From Octopus sinensis (taxonomy: Eukaryota): a stretch of DNA of 64,000 nt. The stretch is taken from contig NC_042997.1 in assembly GCF_006345805.1 (NCBI RefSeq), positions 192,262,001 through 192,326,000 on the forward strand. The letters are read 5' to 3'. Under the pieces are notes generated by a model, which worked only from the letters and a program-made list of their open reading frames with translations, did no database searches and was not told the DNA's origin. This document shows, piece after piece, positions 23,937-38,039 of the stretch; position 1 is the stretch's first letter; each line of letters starts with the position of its first letter. The position numbers and the translations under genes were made by a program.

Positions 23937-26088
23937 CTGAAACATTTGAATCATTCAGACTAGTCATGTCTATCTATGTCAAGACTGCATTCATTATACT
24001 TTAGTAGTTATCTAATGTAGAAAATAACATTTCTGAATTTTATGCCACTTCACACATTTTCCTGTATAATATATCAACTAACATTTCCATTGTTAAGAAA
24101 TTAATATTCAAGCCATAACTGACTAGAATGACATACTCAATTTTAGTTTGGGGAACAAATTTTTCATTCAACTGTTTGGCTTCTCTCTTAAGAGTGGAGT
24201 TCATGTTTCTCAGAAATTCTCTATAACAAATTGAGAAGTTTAGGATATAAAGTATCCCGGCAGTAGGCTAGTTGTTCATTTGATATAGCTAAGAGGCTTT
24301 TTAGCTTATTCTCTCGCCTAGTGTGATGTATTTATGAAAGCAAATGTATAGAAATAAAAAGAAGTAAAAATCATACCTGTTTTAAGTAAGGAATATGAAC
24401 TGCTATCTTTGAATGTTACTAGAGATATTTTGTAATAATAGTCAGAAAACTAGAGCTTGTTAAATTGCAAAGGTCTTGCTCTACTTAATAGAAGATTGAT
24501 GTTCTCTGCCTTCATACTAACATGAGTTTGCATCGTTTTGATACAAGTCTACCTCAGACTGCCTCTGGTTCTATGAAATAGAATCTCTTATCTTAAAAGT
24601 ATTCAGATGTGAATTAAAAATCTTCTGTTAAAATTTCATGTCAGAATTTTGAGTTAAATTATTGTACCAAATGGCAGTTTACTCTTTTACTTGCTTGTTT
24701 CAGTCATTTGACAGTGGCCATGCTGGAGCACCGCCTTTAGTCGAGCAAATTGACCCCAGGACTTATTCTGTCATGCAGTGGGACTGAACCCAGAACCATG
24801 TGGTTGGGAAACAAGCTTCTTACCATACAGTCACACCTGTGCTTCATATTCAAAATTTATTAAAACACATAGGTCATACAAAGGTTGAAATACACTTAGC
24901 TAATAATGTTTTGCCCTGCAAACTGTAATTAGGTACACCATCCCACACCACTCAATAGCACAAATGCACCATTTGGTTGGTTATTTGGTATTCGTTTAAT
25001 TAAACAATCGACAACTAATTTTGTGGTTTCTGGTGTTTAACTCAAATACTTAGGAAAAGTAGCAGTTTAATGTCAATTCCTGAGATATGACACTAAGGTG
25101 GTGAAGTAGCACAGTTGTTAGAGTTTCAGATGAATTACTTTGGCAGTATCTATTTCAGTACCTTGCATTTTGAGTTCAATATCAGCAAAGGTTAATTTTT
25201 CCCTTTCATCTTTCTAGGGGCTCAATAAATGAAGTGCCATCCTGGGTGGTGGGCAGGTGGAAACTTTAGAACATCTGATGGGATGATTCATAATATTTAT
25301 TCTGGCTTTTTGCATTTTGAGATCAAAACCTACCTGGCCTACACAGGTGTCAGATTTACCTTGTTGCTCTGATTAATATCACTAATTGTCCTTTAGGTGA
25401 CTTAATGGGGGGGGGGGCCCTGTTGTAAGTATTTACATGAGATCTGTGCACTGGTTGACTACTCTACTAAACAAACTAGCAGCATCACATATGGGAGGAT
25501 AACTAAAAAGGATAATGGAATGAGAACAATCTATTTCAGTGGGATTAATAAAGGATTTAGTTCCAAATTCTGAGAACATTACAGAGTACAACAGGCACCA
25601 GAAGAAGATGGATGGATTGTACAATGGCTGAAACACAGTGACTATAACAACAAAGATGAGGTTGCTAGTTCTTATATATCCTCATCTTCGTTCCCCACCA
25701 CCACCACCACCACCACCACCATCATTAGAGTTTTAACGTTCCCTTTTCCATGTTTGCATGGGACACACAGAATTCATCGAGGTAGATTTTTCTGTTGCCA
25801 GATGCCCTCAATTGTTTCCAAGCAAGGTAATATTTCCTGAGGGCCAGACATGTTTCCACAGAAAATTGCAAGACATTTACAAGACAAGGAAACACAAACA
25901 TATACACACATACATGATTGATGCCAGTGCCACCTGACTGACTTCTGTGCTGGTGGCACATAAAAAGCACCATTTGAGTGTGGTCATTGCCAGTGTTCCT
26001 TGATTGGCTTCCATCCAGCTTTAGAAATTTTACCACATCAGATTGGAGTCTGGTGCAGCCTCTTGGCTTGCCAGTCCTCAGTCAAACC

Positions 26089-26300
26089 TATTTCTATTTC
26101 TTTACTACCCACAAGAGGCTAAACACAGAGGGGACAGACACACGGATTAAGTCGATTATATCGACCCCAGTGCGTAACTGGTACTTAATTTATCGACCCC
26201 GAGAGGATGAAAGGCAAAGTTGAATTTGAACTCAGAACGTAACGGCAAGTGAAATACAGCTAAGCATTTCGCCCGGCGTGCTAACGTTTCTGCCAGCTCG
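26089..26300 (-). mobile_element. SINE family B nested in a SINE D copy, 13-bp TSD
   Basis: TSD cctcagtcaaacc at 26076-26088 and 26301-26313. Confidence 0.85.
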
Positions 26301-26689
26301 CCTCAGTCAAACCGTCCAACCCATGCCAGCATGGAAAGCGGATGTTAAACAATGATAATGATGATGCTGATGATGATGATTACAACACAAGACATATTTG
26401 TAGAAGATTTCCTTCAACACTTCCACTAAATGCTAACACAACAAACTGATGCTGTCTGTAACAGCAAACAAACACTATGTACTCTTGATAAGGTCAATAA
26501 CTTCATGGACATGAACACTTCCTCAAAAATTAAAAGTTAGTAACATTTATGGTCAGCTATTTTGAAACACAGCTTCTCAAACCTAATTATAAATTTGCAT
26601 TTGGTATAACATCTTTGAGGCGGCGAGCTGGCAGAAACGTTAGCACGCTGGGTGAAATGCTTTGCGGTATTTTGTCTGCCGTTACATTC

Positions 26690-27667
26690 ATCATCATCAT
26701 CATCATCGTTTAGCGTCCGTTTTCCATGCTAGCATGGGTTGGACGGTTCTACTGGGGTCTGTGAAGCCAGAAGGCTTCATCAGGCCCAGTCAAATCTGGT
26801 AGTGTTTCTACGGCTGGATGCCCTTCCTAACGCCAACCACTCCGAGAGTGTAGTGGGTGCTTTTTACGTGCCACCCGCACAGGTGCCAGACAGAGGTGGC
26901 AAACGGCCACGAACGGATGGTGCTTTTTATGTGCCACCGGCACGAGGGCCAGGCGAGGCTGGCAACGGACACGAAACGGGCCGGTGCTGGCAACGGTCGC
27001 GAAATGGAAGGTTCTCTTACATGCCACCGGCACTGGTAACACATCTGCAATTTCCATTGATCGATTTCGATTCTGATCCTCACTTGCCTCAACGGGTCTT
27101 CACAAGTAGAGTTTCGACATGCCACTGGCACTGGTAACACATCTGCAATTTCCATTGATCGATTTCGATTCTGATCCTCACTTGCCTCAACAGGTCTTCA
27201 CAAGTAGAGTTTTGTGTCCCAAGAAGGGAAGGTATGCATACGTAGGCTGGCTCCATCCCATGTAGAAGGCCACGGGTTATGGACTCACTTGTCCTGTCGG
27301 GTCTTCTCGCGCACAGCACACTTCCAGAGGACTCGGTCTCTAGTCATTTCCTCAGTGAGACCTAAAGTTCGAAGGTCGTGCTTCACCACCTCGTCCCAGG
27401 TTTTCCTGGGTCTGCCTCTTCCACAGGTTCCCTCAACCACTAGGGTGTGGTACTTTTTCACACAACTATCTTCATCCATTCTCGCCACATGACCATACCA
27501 GCGCAAACGTCTCTCTTGCACACCACAACTGATGCTTCTTAGGTCCAGCTTTTCTCTCAAGGTACTTACACTCTGCCGAGTATGAGTACTGACATTACAC
27601 ATCCATCAGAGCATACTGGCTTCATTTCTTGCGAGCTTACGCATATCCTCAGCAGTCACGGCCCATT
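26690..27667 (-). mobile_element. RTE-clade LINE 3' end with 3' UTR and (GAT)n tail
   Basis: RRLRWYGHVARMDEDSCVKK...GRGRPRKTWDEVVKHDL...TRDRVLWKCAV; 3' UTR shared with SINE D copies; ~98-bp internal duplication at 27030/27128. Confidence 0.85.
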
Positions 27668-29248
27668 CTGATTTCAAATTCTGCCGAGGTCAACTTTGCC
27701 TTTCATCCTTTCGGGGTCGATAAATTAAGTACCAGCTACGCACTGGGGTCGATGTAATTGACTTAATCCCTTTCTCCGTCCTTGTTTGTCCCCTCTGTGT
27801 TTAGCCCCTTGTGCGTAGTAAAGAATTAGGTATAACATCTTTGGTACTCTTGGTTTATATTACATAAATCAACTAACCATCACTTGTAAGCAAATAAGAG
27901 CTGGTAGTATGTTAGCTTCTGCCATTAATTAATTATATTAGACTTTTCTCCCTAATGGATCATAAGCCATTAAAGACTTTTCACCACTGTCCCTGACTTC
28001 AGACTGATCTTTCTACTCCTCTCCAATTGGATCCCTGCTTCCTTGCAGTTTCCCTTCTGATTTAGCTGTTCAGTGTCATGTTTTCCTGAAGGAAGGTCTA
28101 CCTCTCTCAGGTCTTATTGCTTTTAAATTGACATCAATGCTTCTGTAAATGTTTTTTTCTTTTTACTAGGTAATGGTATTGGCCTTATGCAAATCCATTT
28201 TCACCTCTAGGAAGAGATGGTCCATATTAGCCTGGCTTTTTTTCTTTGACCTATCCAGCATGGGAGATCCTACCAAGAGCTTGTGCTCTGCTGGCACAGC
28301 TCTCAAGGTCATTGAGGCTACATAAGCCACCACACTGCCACAAGAACTTGACCTTGTGGTGGAGCATGTACCTTGCTTTTGTTAATTGTATTTGATGCTG
28401 ATGTAAATGCAAGTGGACACAGGTACTCTCTTGACCATCTCACCCTTTACTCAGTTGTGACAGCCAGAGGGAGAATGGGTACAACATCTGTATTCATTTG
28501 AGGTGAGTTGCCTAAAAAAAAGATGTTAAGTGAAATGCCTTGCTCAAGGAGTCAATGCACTGCCCATTTGAGGATTTAAACCTACAGCCTTATGATGATA
28601 AGCTTAACATCCCTAACCACTCAGCTAATATACCTTCACTTATATTAAATGGTTAAACTGCATAGCTCTTTTTCGGAACTATAAACAGTAGCATGCAAAT
28701 ATCGGGTGGAAAATAACAGTCTGTAAAAGTTGGAGATTTCTGTTATAGAAAGAGACTAAGTCATATATTGCAAACCTTAAAACATGAATTGAAATAAAGT
28801 AAAAAGTTGCAAAGCTGTTTGTATTTTTTTTTAAAGCGGCACATTGAATATTTTATGAGAAGTAGCAATAATAAGAGGATGTAATTGTTGAATAAATCAT
28901 GTTGTGTAAATAAATATATATATAAGAAGTTATTATATTTTGGTAATATTGAATTCTTCCCTCACAGCTGTGAAGGCCATTGGTACAGCTGTGCAAGGCT
29001 TTTGGAAAATGATTGGTTAAATTATTGATAAAAAGAACATTCTATTTTTAACTGTTTTTTTCTCTCTTTTTTTTTATTGCATGAATTAATGGGTGTATAA
29101 AATCTAACTATTCAATGAATTGCTTATTCTGTGGGTTTCACTGCTAGAAGCTCTTGAATGATAAACTATTTTCAGATATTAGGATATGAATTGAGGAATA
29201 TTTCACAGCTATCTAAAGAAGGTTGGGTGATCATGTATGGACTCACCT

Positions 29249-29480
29249 ATTTCTTTACTACCCACAAAGGGCTAAACACAGAGAGGACAAACAAGGACAG
29301 ACAAACGGATTAAGTCGATTATATCGACCCCAGTGCGTAACTGGTACTTACTTAATCAACCCTGAAAGGATGAAAGGCAAAGTTGACCTCGGCAGAATTT
29401 GAACTCAGAACATAACAGCAGACAAAATACGGCTATGCATTTTGCCCGGCGTGCTAACAATTCTGCCAGCTCACCACCTT
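29249..29480 (-). mobile_element. SINE family B with 15-bp TSD
   Basis: TSD tgtatggactcacct at 29234-29248 and 29481-29495. Confidence 0.85.
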
Positions 29481-30537
29481 TGTATGGACTCACCTGCCAT
29501 CAGACAACTATCGTTCTCTGAACACCTTGTTTCCCTAGGAATGGATACATTAAAGCTCCAACATCAGCAACTGACTTGGTAGACAGCTACAAGATTATTC
29601 ACCATCTTCCCAACAACAACTGACAGCAAATGAGCATGGGAATGAGGGCAGTACTGTTGGTCAACTCCTTGCTATCTGTCTGTCTGAGGTGCTGGCTATG
29701 CCTCCCACTGCATTGCTGCCAAACCCTGCTCACCTTGGGCACCTTTTTGAATTCCATATATTTTGTTTTAATAATAATAATAATAATAATTGTGTACAGT
29801 GCTCAGGTGCACTACAACTGCTCAGGTGCACTACTTTTCTTTACTAACCACAAGGGGCTAAACATAGAGGGGACAAACAAGGACAGACAAAGTGATTAAA
29901 TCAATTACATCAAACCCAGTGCGAAACTGGTACTTTAATTTATCGACCCCGAAAGGATGAAAGGCAAAGTTGACCTTGGCAGAATTTTAACTCAGAACGT
30001 AACGACAGACGAAATACCGCTAAGCATTTCGCCCGGCGCGCTAATGTTTCTGCCAGCTTGCCATCCTTTGTGAATTCCATATATTTAACACTTGTGGACA
30101 TGCTTGCAAAATCAAAAAGACAACACAGCGCCCATTATTTTTAAAAACATTTTATCATGTTCACAATTGCTGAACCATGGAATAAACTACTCACATCAGC
30201 TGTTAGCTGTTGGGACACCACATCATTCAAAACTTCCATGCTTTATGAAATTCACCAACAGTACACCTAATGCGCTTTTTGTCTTTTTTTTAAGTGACTC
30301 ATTCACTACAGTTCTATATTTAAGAGATGAGGAATTATGTAATTATTTACATTATTTACATGATTTATATTTGATGGATATTTGTCCTCATCAAGATGTG
30401 GTTGCTTACCAACCACATGGCTCCGGGTTCAGCCCCACTGCATGGCACTTTGGGCAATTGTCTTCTACTATAGCCTCGGGCCGACCAAAGCCTTGTGAGT
30501 GGATTTGGTAGACGGAAACTGAAAGAAGCCCGTCGTA

Positions 30538-30605
<68 letters not shown>

Positions 30606-30629
30606 GTTTAGCGTCCGTTTTCCATGCTA

Positions 30630-30686
<57 letters not shown>

Positions 30687-30707
30687 TATATATATATATA
30701 TATATGC

Positions 30708-30755
<48 letters not shown>

Positions 30756-31715
30756 TTGTGTGCCTGTGTTTGTCCCCCCCCCCCCAACATCGCTTGACAA
30801 CCGATGCTGGTGTGTTTATGTACCCGTAACTTAGTGTACTAGGCTTACAAAGAATAAGTCCTGGGGTCGATTTGCTTGACTAAAGGCGGTGCTCCAGCAT
30901 GGCCACAGTCAAATGACTGAAACAAGTAAAAGAGTAAATAGCATACATTTATTTAAAATAGAATACCATGCATCATCCTAGTCTGTTTCCAGACTAAACC
31001 GTGCTTCCATCTTTTGGGCTCACAGTACCATTTTCATCCCCTAATGTTTTAGTGAATGCATCTTAGGTCTAGCAATGCAATCTTCATCGTTGTGTATTGA
31101 ATAAATGATCAAGGACCGTTCTCATCACTGGCGTTTCGATTGCAATGCCTTTCCTAATTACTTCTAACTTATTTATCAGTTCCTCTTCTCTGTTTCTCTC
31201 CATCATTTGTTCTTCACTTCATGTTGCCAGTTCTGTTCTATATTGCTCTGTTCTGGGTACCTCACCAACAAACAGTTGTTGACCTCTACCGTTGTCAACC
31301 ACGGCTTAAATAGATTGCTAATCCACCTCTTACACTTCCTATAAATCCTTAATTTAATGAGAAAGCAGAAATGATAGATTAATGTGTGTATATGTGTGTA
31401 TGTATATAAGTATGTATATATATATATATGTATGTGCATATATATAAGTATATATATATATACACACACACATACATATACATTTAATACACACACATAC
31501 ATTTACAGATGCACACACATACATTCACAGACACACACACATACACATATTCACAGACACACAGACACGGACACATACAGACACACAGGCACACACACAC
31601 ACATACACACACACACAACACACAACACACATTATCCATTATTTCTTCTTGCATGGAAAGTGTTTGCAGAATGATGATGATGATGATGATATATATTTAT
31701 AAGTTTATAATGCAT

Positions 31716-31750
<35 letters not shown>

Positions 31751-32473
31751 TTTATATGTGTGTGTGTGTGTGTGTATGTGTATGCGTGTGTGTGTGTGTG
31801 TTAGAATCCTTTTAATTTTTTTATTGCTTATATTTGAGGTCAATAGCTTCATTGGACATTTGATCTCACAGAGGGATCTAATGGCCTGACAATGGCATAT
31901 TCATTAAGTTTTGTAATACTTTCATCATCAACACCAGCACTGCTACCTCTGCCACTGCCAATTTAACCTCCACCTTCACCCCACTATCACCACTGTCGCC
32001 ACGACGACAACGACAACGATGACCACCACCACCATCGCTACCAAAATTACCACGACTGCTATCATTACTATAGTGACAGTACTGATCTCCAATACAATCA
32101 ATATAAAAAAATTGTTATTGAATTTAGATTTTCTTTCATTTTTGTGATGAGTATATTAAAACTGAACAATATGTATGCATTTATATAGAATAGTATACAC
32201 ACACACATGGGTTTGTATATATATGCATATACATTTGGCGAAAGATGCGAGTGAAGATGTGTACGTTTTCATAGTGATGTAAGCGTACGCACGTGGGTGC
32301 GTAAGCGCACATGTGTACGTATGAACAGGCATGCTTACACGTTTACTATGAACTTTTAACCTTATCTTAATTAGCGGTCATTCAAATTAGCACTTTTGTA
32401 TAAATAGTGGTCTATAACACAGTAATTTTCCTTTTGTATAACAGTCTTTTTTTCATAGTGTTTTTCAGATGGT

Positions 32474-32640
32474 CAGATAACTGAAGAGATGGTGGTGTGG
32501 ATTTCCACTTTGGCATCAAAAACTCAGTGTTTTATCTTGGCTACCGAATAATTGTCACATATTATATTTACAGATAAATTCCTCTATTTACATAATATTG
32601 AGGTCTCTTTCTTTTGTTATCTTACCGTTTTTACCAATAT
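32474..32640 (+). mobile_element. PLE-type 3' footprint with degenerate hammerhead (same family as 1088-1330)
   Basis: GATAA-CTGAAGA-GATG...CATC-AAAA-CTCAG...CCGAATA-ATTGTC; G12 replaced by A. Confidence 0.5.
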
Positions 32641-32921
32641 ATATATATATAATAAAATACAAAATGGGTCAAGAACACAAAACATCCAGACAACTAGGTG
32701 ATACAAAAAGGGAGAATAAAACATCCAGATAGACGATACAAAAAAACAAGGACAGGTCATTCGAAGCCTTTTATCTTCAGTCAAGAACCGGATCATCCTT
32801 GCAATTTCGGCTGATTAATCTTGAGATTGCTCCAATCTTAAGGTTATATACATATATCTAAGTGATTTTACCAGGGGTCAGCATGGAAATAAAAACCTTA
32901 TAGATAAATTTTACAAATATT

Positions 32922-33157
32922 TTAATAATTATATACATAATTATAACAAGGGATTGGCTATAAGCTTCTCACGCGCTAGAAAAATAGACGTCTAAAGACA
33001 CTATTACCATCTGTAAAAATCCGCAAAATAAAAACATGAGCTTATTTTTCAGAGTTTTTAAGGTTGTAATAGCGTCTTTAGGCATCTATTTTTTTCAGTG
33101 CGTGGAGAAGCTTATAGGCAATCAATCCCTTGCTATAATTATGTATATAATTATTAA
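32922..33157. repeat. Imperfect palindrome (~90-nt arms) with extension on the left
   Basis: ttaataattatatacataattataacaagggattg...ctaaagacactattacc vs gtaatagcgtctttagg...caatcccttgctataattatgtatataattattaa. Confidence 0.8.
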
Positions 33158-34100
33158 GGTATACATATATATAAACATATATAAGCATCTCTCTCTCTCT
33201 CTCTCTCTCTGCATGTGTAGGACAAAACTTCATATTCACTCTCAATATTATACTTTTTTTTTCTGTCGTTTCAGCTCAGAGCTGCGGCCATGCTGATGCA
33301 CTGCCGTTAAAGAATAATAATGTTTAAAAGGATTCTAACACACACACACACACACACACATAATAATAATGTTTAAGAATAATAAATTTGTATCCTGAAA
33401 ATATGGAGTAACCCATCAGATTGATTTAATATTGTATTTATTGTAATTGAACATAAAACCAAATATATATACATGCACATGCACAGATATAGAAACATAC
33501 ATACATGCATACATATATGCAAACATACATACATACATACATGCACATACATACATACATACATGCATGCATGCATACATACATATACATACATACATAC
33601 ATGCACACATACATACACACATACATACATACATACATACATGCAAACATACATACATACATGCATACATACAAGCATGCACATACATACATACATACAT
33701 ACATACATACATACATACATACATAGTGGCTGTGTGGTGAGTAGTTTACTTCCGAACCATATGTTTCTGCATTCAGTCCCACTGCATGCACCTTCTACAA
33801 TAGCCCAGTAATGCTCTGTAAAGGAGTTGATGTTTGGCAGGGCATCCAACTGTAGAAACCCTACCAAACAGGCAGCAGAGCTTAGTGTAATCTACTGTCT
33901 TTTCACTTCCCTATCTAACTCTCCAACCCATGCCAGCATGGAAAATGAACGCTAAATGACGACGATGACGATGATGAAATTGAGGATGACAATATAAACT
34001 GTTTGTCCCTAGAAGACATATGCTTTTCCCTTCTCGGTATCTTTATTTCTCACCACTATTCGACCTTGTGCTATGTTTTCGGAATATTCTTTATGTTGTA

Positions 34101-34559
34101 CTAGCAGTATCACCCGGCGTTGCTCGGGTTTGTAAGGGAAATAGTTATATAAGCATTTTTAGAGAGTTACTTCCCTTATAGATGCCAATTCGGGCTTTCT
34201 TAGCCATTTCTGTTTTGGTGTCTTCAAGCCATGAAGTCGTTGTTCTAAAAGAACGCTGGTCTCCTTGACAACGCTTTACGACGTTGATTTCCTTACACTC
34301 CCTTCCCCACAGCTTCACGAGGAAAGGAAGAAGGGGGAGAAGCAAATTATGCATTAAAATGGAATAAAAAATGATGTTAAATTATTTTTAAAATCGTAGA
34401 CTCATCGTAGACGCGCGCTAATACTCAGACGGGCTCGATATGAATCACGACTATAAGATACCCGAATTTGGTTAAACTGCACCGCAAAATGTGGGAGTAG
34501 TTAGGAATCTAAATCGAAGGGGACAGACACTCACACAACTACAGTTTTATATATATAGA
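34101..34559 (-). mobile_element. Non-autonomous Helitron
   Basis: Minus strand A|TCTATATA...cccgagcaacgccggg hairpin...CTAG|T, no TSD, AT target; second copy 59891-60270. Confidence 0.75.
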
Positions 34560-34953
34560 TGTCTCGTTACTGTTTGTTTTTTCCGTTGTTCGAAAAAAAG
34601 TTCATTTCTATGTTTTTGTTTTTATGTTATCGTTTCTCATTGTGTTCAACATTTTTTGATGTCCTGTACCCATATATGCATGTATATATACATATAGATG
34701 TAGGTATGTACATATATGTATGTATATATGCATATATTTATATATTATTTATATCATATATAATATATATATATATATAATATATATATATATATAGTTG
34801 GCGTTAGGAAGGGCATCCAGCTGTAGAAACATTGCCAAATTAGACTGGAGCCTGGTGCAGCCTTCTGGCTTCCCAGAACCCCGGTCGAACGTCCAACCCA
34901 TGCTAGCATGGAGAACGGACGTTAAACGACGATGATGATGATGATGATGATAT

Positions 34954-35265
34954 TATAAAATATAAATTAGAGACAAAACCAATATTATACAACTCAAACA
35001 GTGATAGACATAAACCAAAACATAAATAGCAAATATGATATATTTTTATAAAACATATAACTAGATCTCAAAAAGTGAGATCTAGTTATGTTTTATACAA
35101 ATATATATTATTTGCTATTCATGTTTTGCTTTATGTCTGTCACCGTTTGAGTTGCATAACATTGGTTTTATCTCTAATTTATATTTTATATATTTATATT
35201 GTGAAATTTGATTTAATACTAAATTGAATTTTTCCCTGTAAGTTTAGAGTTATACTCCCTAATAT
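34954..35265 (+). mobile_element. Palindromic footprint (arms 34954-35070/35076-35190, loop AAAAG) plus ~75-nt tail; terminus related to the large foldback
   Basis: tataaaatataaattagagacaaaacc start; tail ...tttttccctgtaag...ccctaatat resembles 57340-57379. Confidence 0.75.
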
Positions 35266-35289
35266 TATTATTATATATATATCAAAATC

Positions 35290-35722
35290 AAAATCAAAAT
35301 CAAACCAAATCAAATCAGATATCAGAAAGCAGAACCAAAATCGAAGTCGATCAACATCAATGGAAATTGCAGCTGTGATACCAGTGCCGGTGACAAGTAA
35401 GTGCACGATCCGATCATGGCCGTTGCCAGCGCTGCCCCGACTGGCCTCTGTGCCGGTGGCACGTAAAAAGCACCATCCGTTCGTGGCTGTTACCAGCCTC
35501 GTCTGGCCCCCATGCCGGTGGCACGTAAAAAGCACCATCCGTCCGTGGCCGTTTGCCAGCTCCGTCTGGAGTGGTTGGCGTTAGGAAGGGCATCCAGCCG
35601 TAGAAACACTGCCAGATCAGGCTGGGCCTGATGCAGCCTTCTGGCTTCACAGACCCCAGTTGAACCGTCCAACCCATGCTAGCATGGAAAGCGTACGCTA
35701 AATGATGATGATGATGATGATG
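35290..35722 (+). mobile_element. SINE family D (RTE-type 3' tail, internal gtggcacgtaaaaagcacc repeats)
   Basis: 3' ggcgttaggaagggcatccagc...catggaaagcg.acg.taaa(tga)n; other copies ~19290-19575, 20460-20890, 36515-36800, 47090-47305, 58725-59025. Confidence 0.75.
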
Positions 35723-37039
35723 ATATGCACACACACTCACACACAGATGCTCATTCACATATACAGATTTATATCTATAAGTATCTATCTATCTATCTAT
35801 CTATCAATTTATGCATGTATGTATGTATCTGTCTATCCATTTATCTGTGTGTGGAGGGGGGTATAAAAGTGTAAGATAGAACACTCATTGCATGCCATGA
35901 ATATTATTTATTCATTCATCTCATTGCTGCATAGATTATCTTGATTTGTCTGATCCTCTGAGCATTAAAAATATTTGTTTTTTCTTACATTTTACTCTAA
36001 GCATTGACAGGTAATAGCCATGCCCTTCTCATGTTCTCTCAAACTGGTAAAATTTATGCAGTTCAGCTTGAATTTCGATAGATTGATGTCTATAGAGAAA
36101 ATGTAGGTATCAGGGCAATTCCTGAGGGTTTCACTTCTTGGAATATAGATTTCAGTGGAGTCTTTTAGTGTGAAGTACACAGAATAAGATATAGTACAGA
36201 TTATGAGATAAGGAGAAAAATGCAATAAAGTATTTTTGCGAAGAGCTGGTGCACTGTTTGGTTTGTCAGAGAAGCAGAAGCAATCAAAGTAGCATTATAT
36301 GAAACACTGAAAAAATTCTGCAGATAGACACGGGAGTGGCTGTGTGGTAAGTAGCTTGCTTATCCACTACATGGTTCTGGATTCAGCCCCACTGCATGGC
36401 ACCTTGGGCAAGTGTCTTCTACTATAGCCTTGGGTCGACTGAAGCCTTGTGAGTGGATTTGGTAGATGGAAACTGAAAGAAGCCTGTCATATATATATAT
36501 ATGTAAAAAAAAATAAAAACATTCGAGCGAGGTTGCTGCTGGACTGGCTCCTGTGCAGGTGGCACGTAAAAAGCACCATTTGAGCGTGGCCATTGCCAGT
36601 ACCACCTGACTGGCCCTCATGCTGGTGGCATGTAAAAGCACCCTCTACACTCTCAGAGTGGTTGGCGTTAGGAAGGGCATCCAGCTGTAGAAACTCTGCC
36701 AGATCAGATTGGAGCCTGGTGCCACCATCTGGCTAGCCAGTCCTCAGTCAAAACGTCTAACCCATGCCAGCATGGAAAGTGGCCATTAAACGATGATGAT
36801 AATATGTATGTGTGTGTGTATGTTTGTGTGTCTGTGTTTGTACCCCCACCATGGCTTCACAACCAATGTTGGTGTGTTTACATCCCAGTAACTTAGCAGT
36901 TCAGCAAAAGAACTGATAGAATAAGTACTAGGATTACAAAGAAGAAGTCCTGGGGTTGGTTTGTTTGACTAAAGGTAGTGTTCCAGCATGGCCACAGTCA
37001 AATGACTGAAACAAACAAAATAATAAAAGAATTAGTGAG

Positions 37040-37790
37040 TTAGTAGCTGTAGTGTATTGGTGAGTAACAGTTTGTCAATGCCAGGTGTTCCCTTAATTTT
37101 TTTTTTACCTGGATGCTATCTAAAATATTCTTGAGTGTAGCAGCTGCTTTTTCACAGAAACATGAGTAGTATTTTAATCTAACGTGGGTAATACTTGTAC
37201 CCCGAAGGGGATCAACAGCTGTTCAGAGCTGAAATAGTTTTTTGCCTTGAAAAGAGGATTTAGATTTTTGAGATGAAGTCTCGGCTAATTTTTAGGTTAT
37301 TATTAAAGATAAGATTGTGAAGCCATGCATTTGTAAAATTTGTGTTAGCTTTATTTGTGTGTTGCTCATGAATAAGAAATGCCTAATGATGTTAGTCTGT
37401 TTCTTTGATCAGTGAAATGATTGCGTTTTAGTTTTGAAGGATACCAGGTCATCCTGACCACATTACAGGATGTTTATGATTCTTTTATTCATATAATGGT
37501 TCCAGTCATAGGACTACAGCCATACTGGAGCACCACCTAAAGTACTTTTCTTTCAGTTTCAATGTCGCTTAATGGCTAGAATTTGACCCATGATTGAGCT
37601 TGTAGCATTTGATCTTCTCTGAGTGTATCCTTGAATGCTCGGCTGATCCAGTATTGTTGTTAGGTGTTTATCCAATTCTTTTCTGAATGTTTCAGTAGAG
37701 GTCTCTTCTAGATTTCTGATTCCTTTAGGTCGGCAGCTGAACAATTGAGGACCTCTAAATATTAGATTAGGAAAAGAGAATGTTTTTGCT
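37040..37790 (-). mobile_element. Decayed CR1-like LINE fragment
   Basis: LFSCRPKGIRNLEETSTETFRKELDKHLTTILDQP..., same family as 524-900. Confidence 0.55.
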
Positions 37791-38039
37791 CATGATTTCA
37801 AAGGTGTTCTTAAAGACATAAAGCAAGGGCTAACCAGGTTATGCATGAATGATATGTGTGGATGTTATCATGGAAATACATGTATTGGATTGGCAACTAA
37901 GTTCCTGCTGTTTTTTTAAATTATGGAATTTATTGCGTTTTTAAATTTTGGAATCTATTTTTTTCGAGAATTGTATTTTTAAATCATTTTTGAATCTAAT
38001 TTGTTTTTTTCTAGTTAATTTTAGTTAATTTTTGTTTAT

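Noticed and set aside
25433-25680. Possible host exon in unique sequence
   Set aside because: Stops in all + frames, no recognisable motif in the - ORF and no convincing splice signals.
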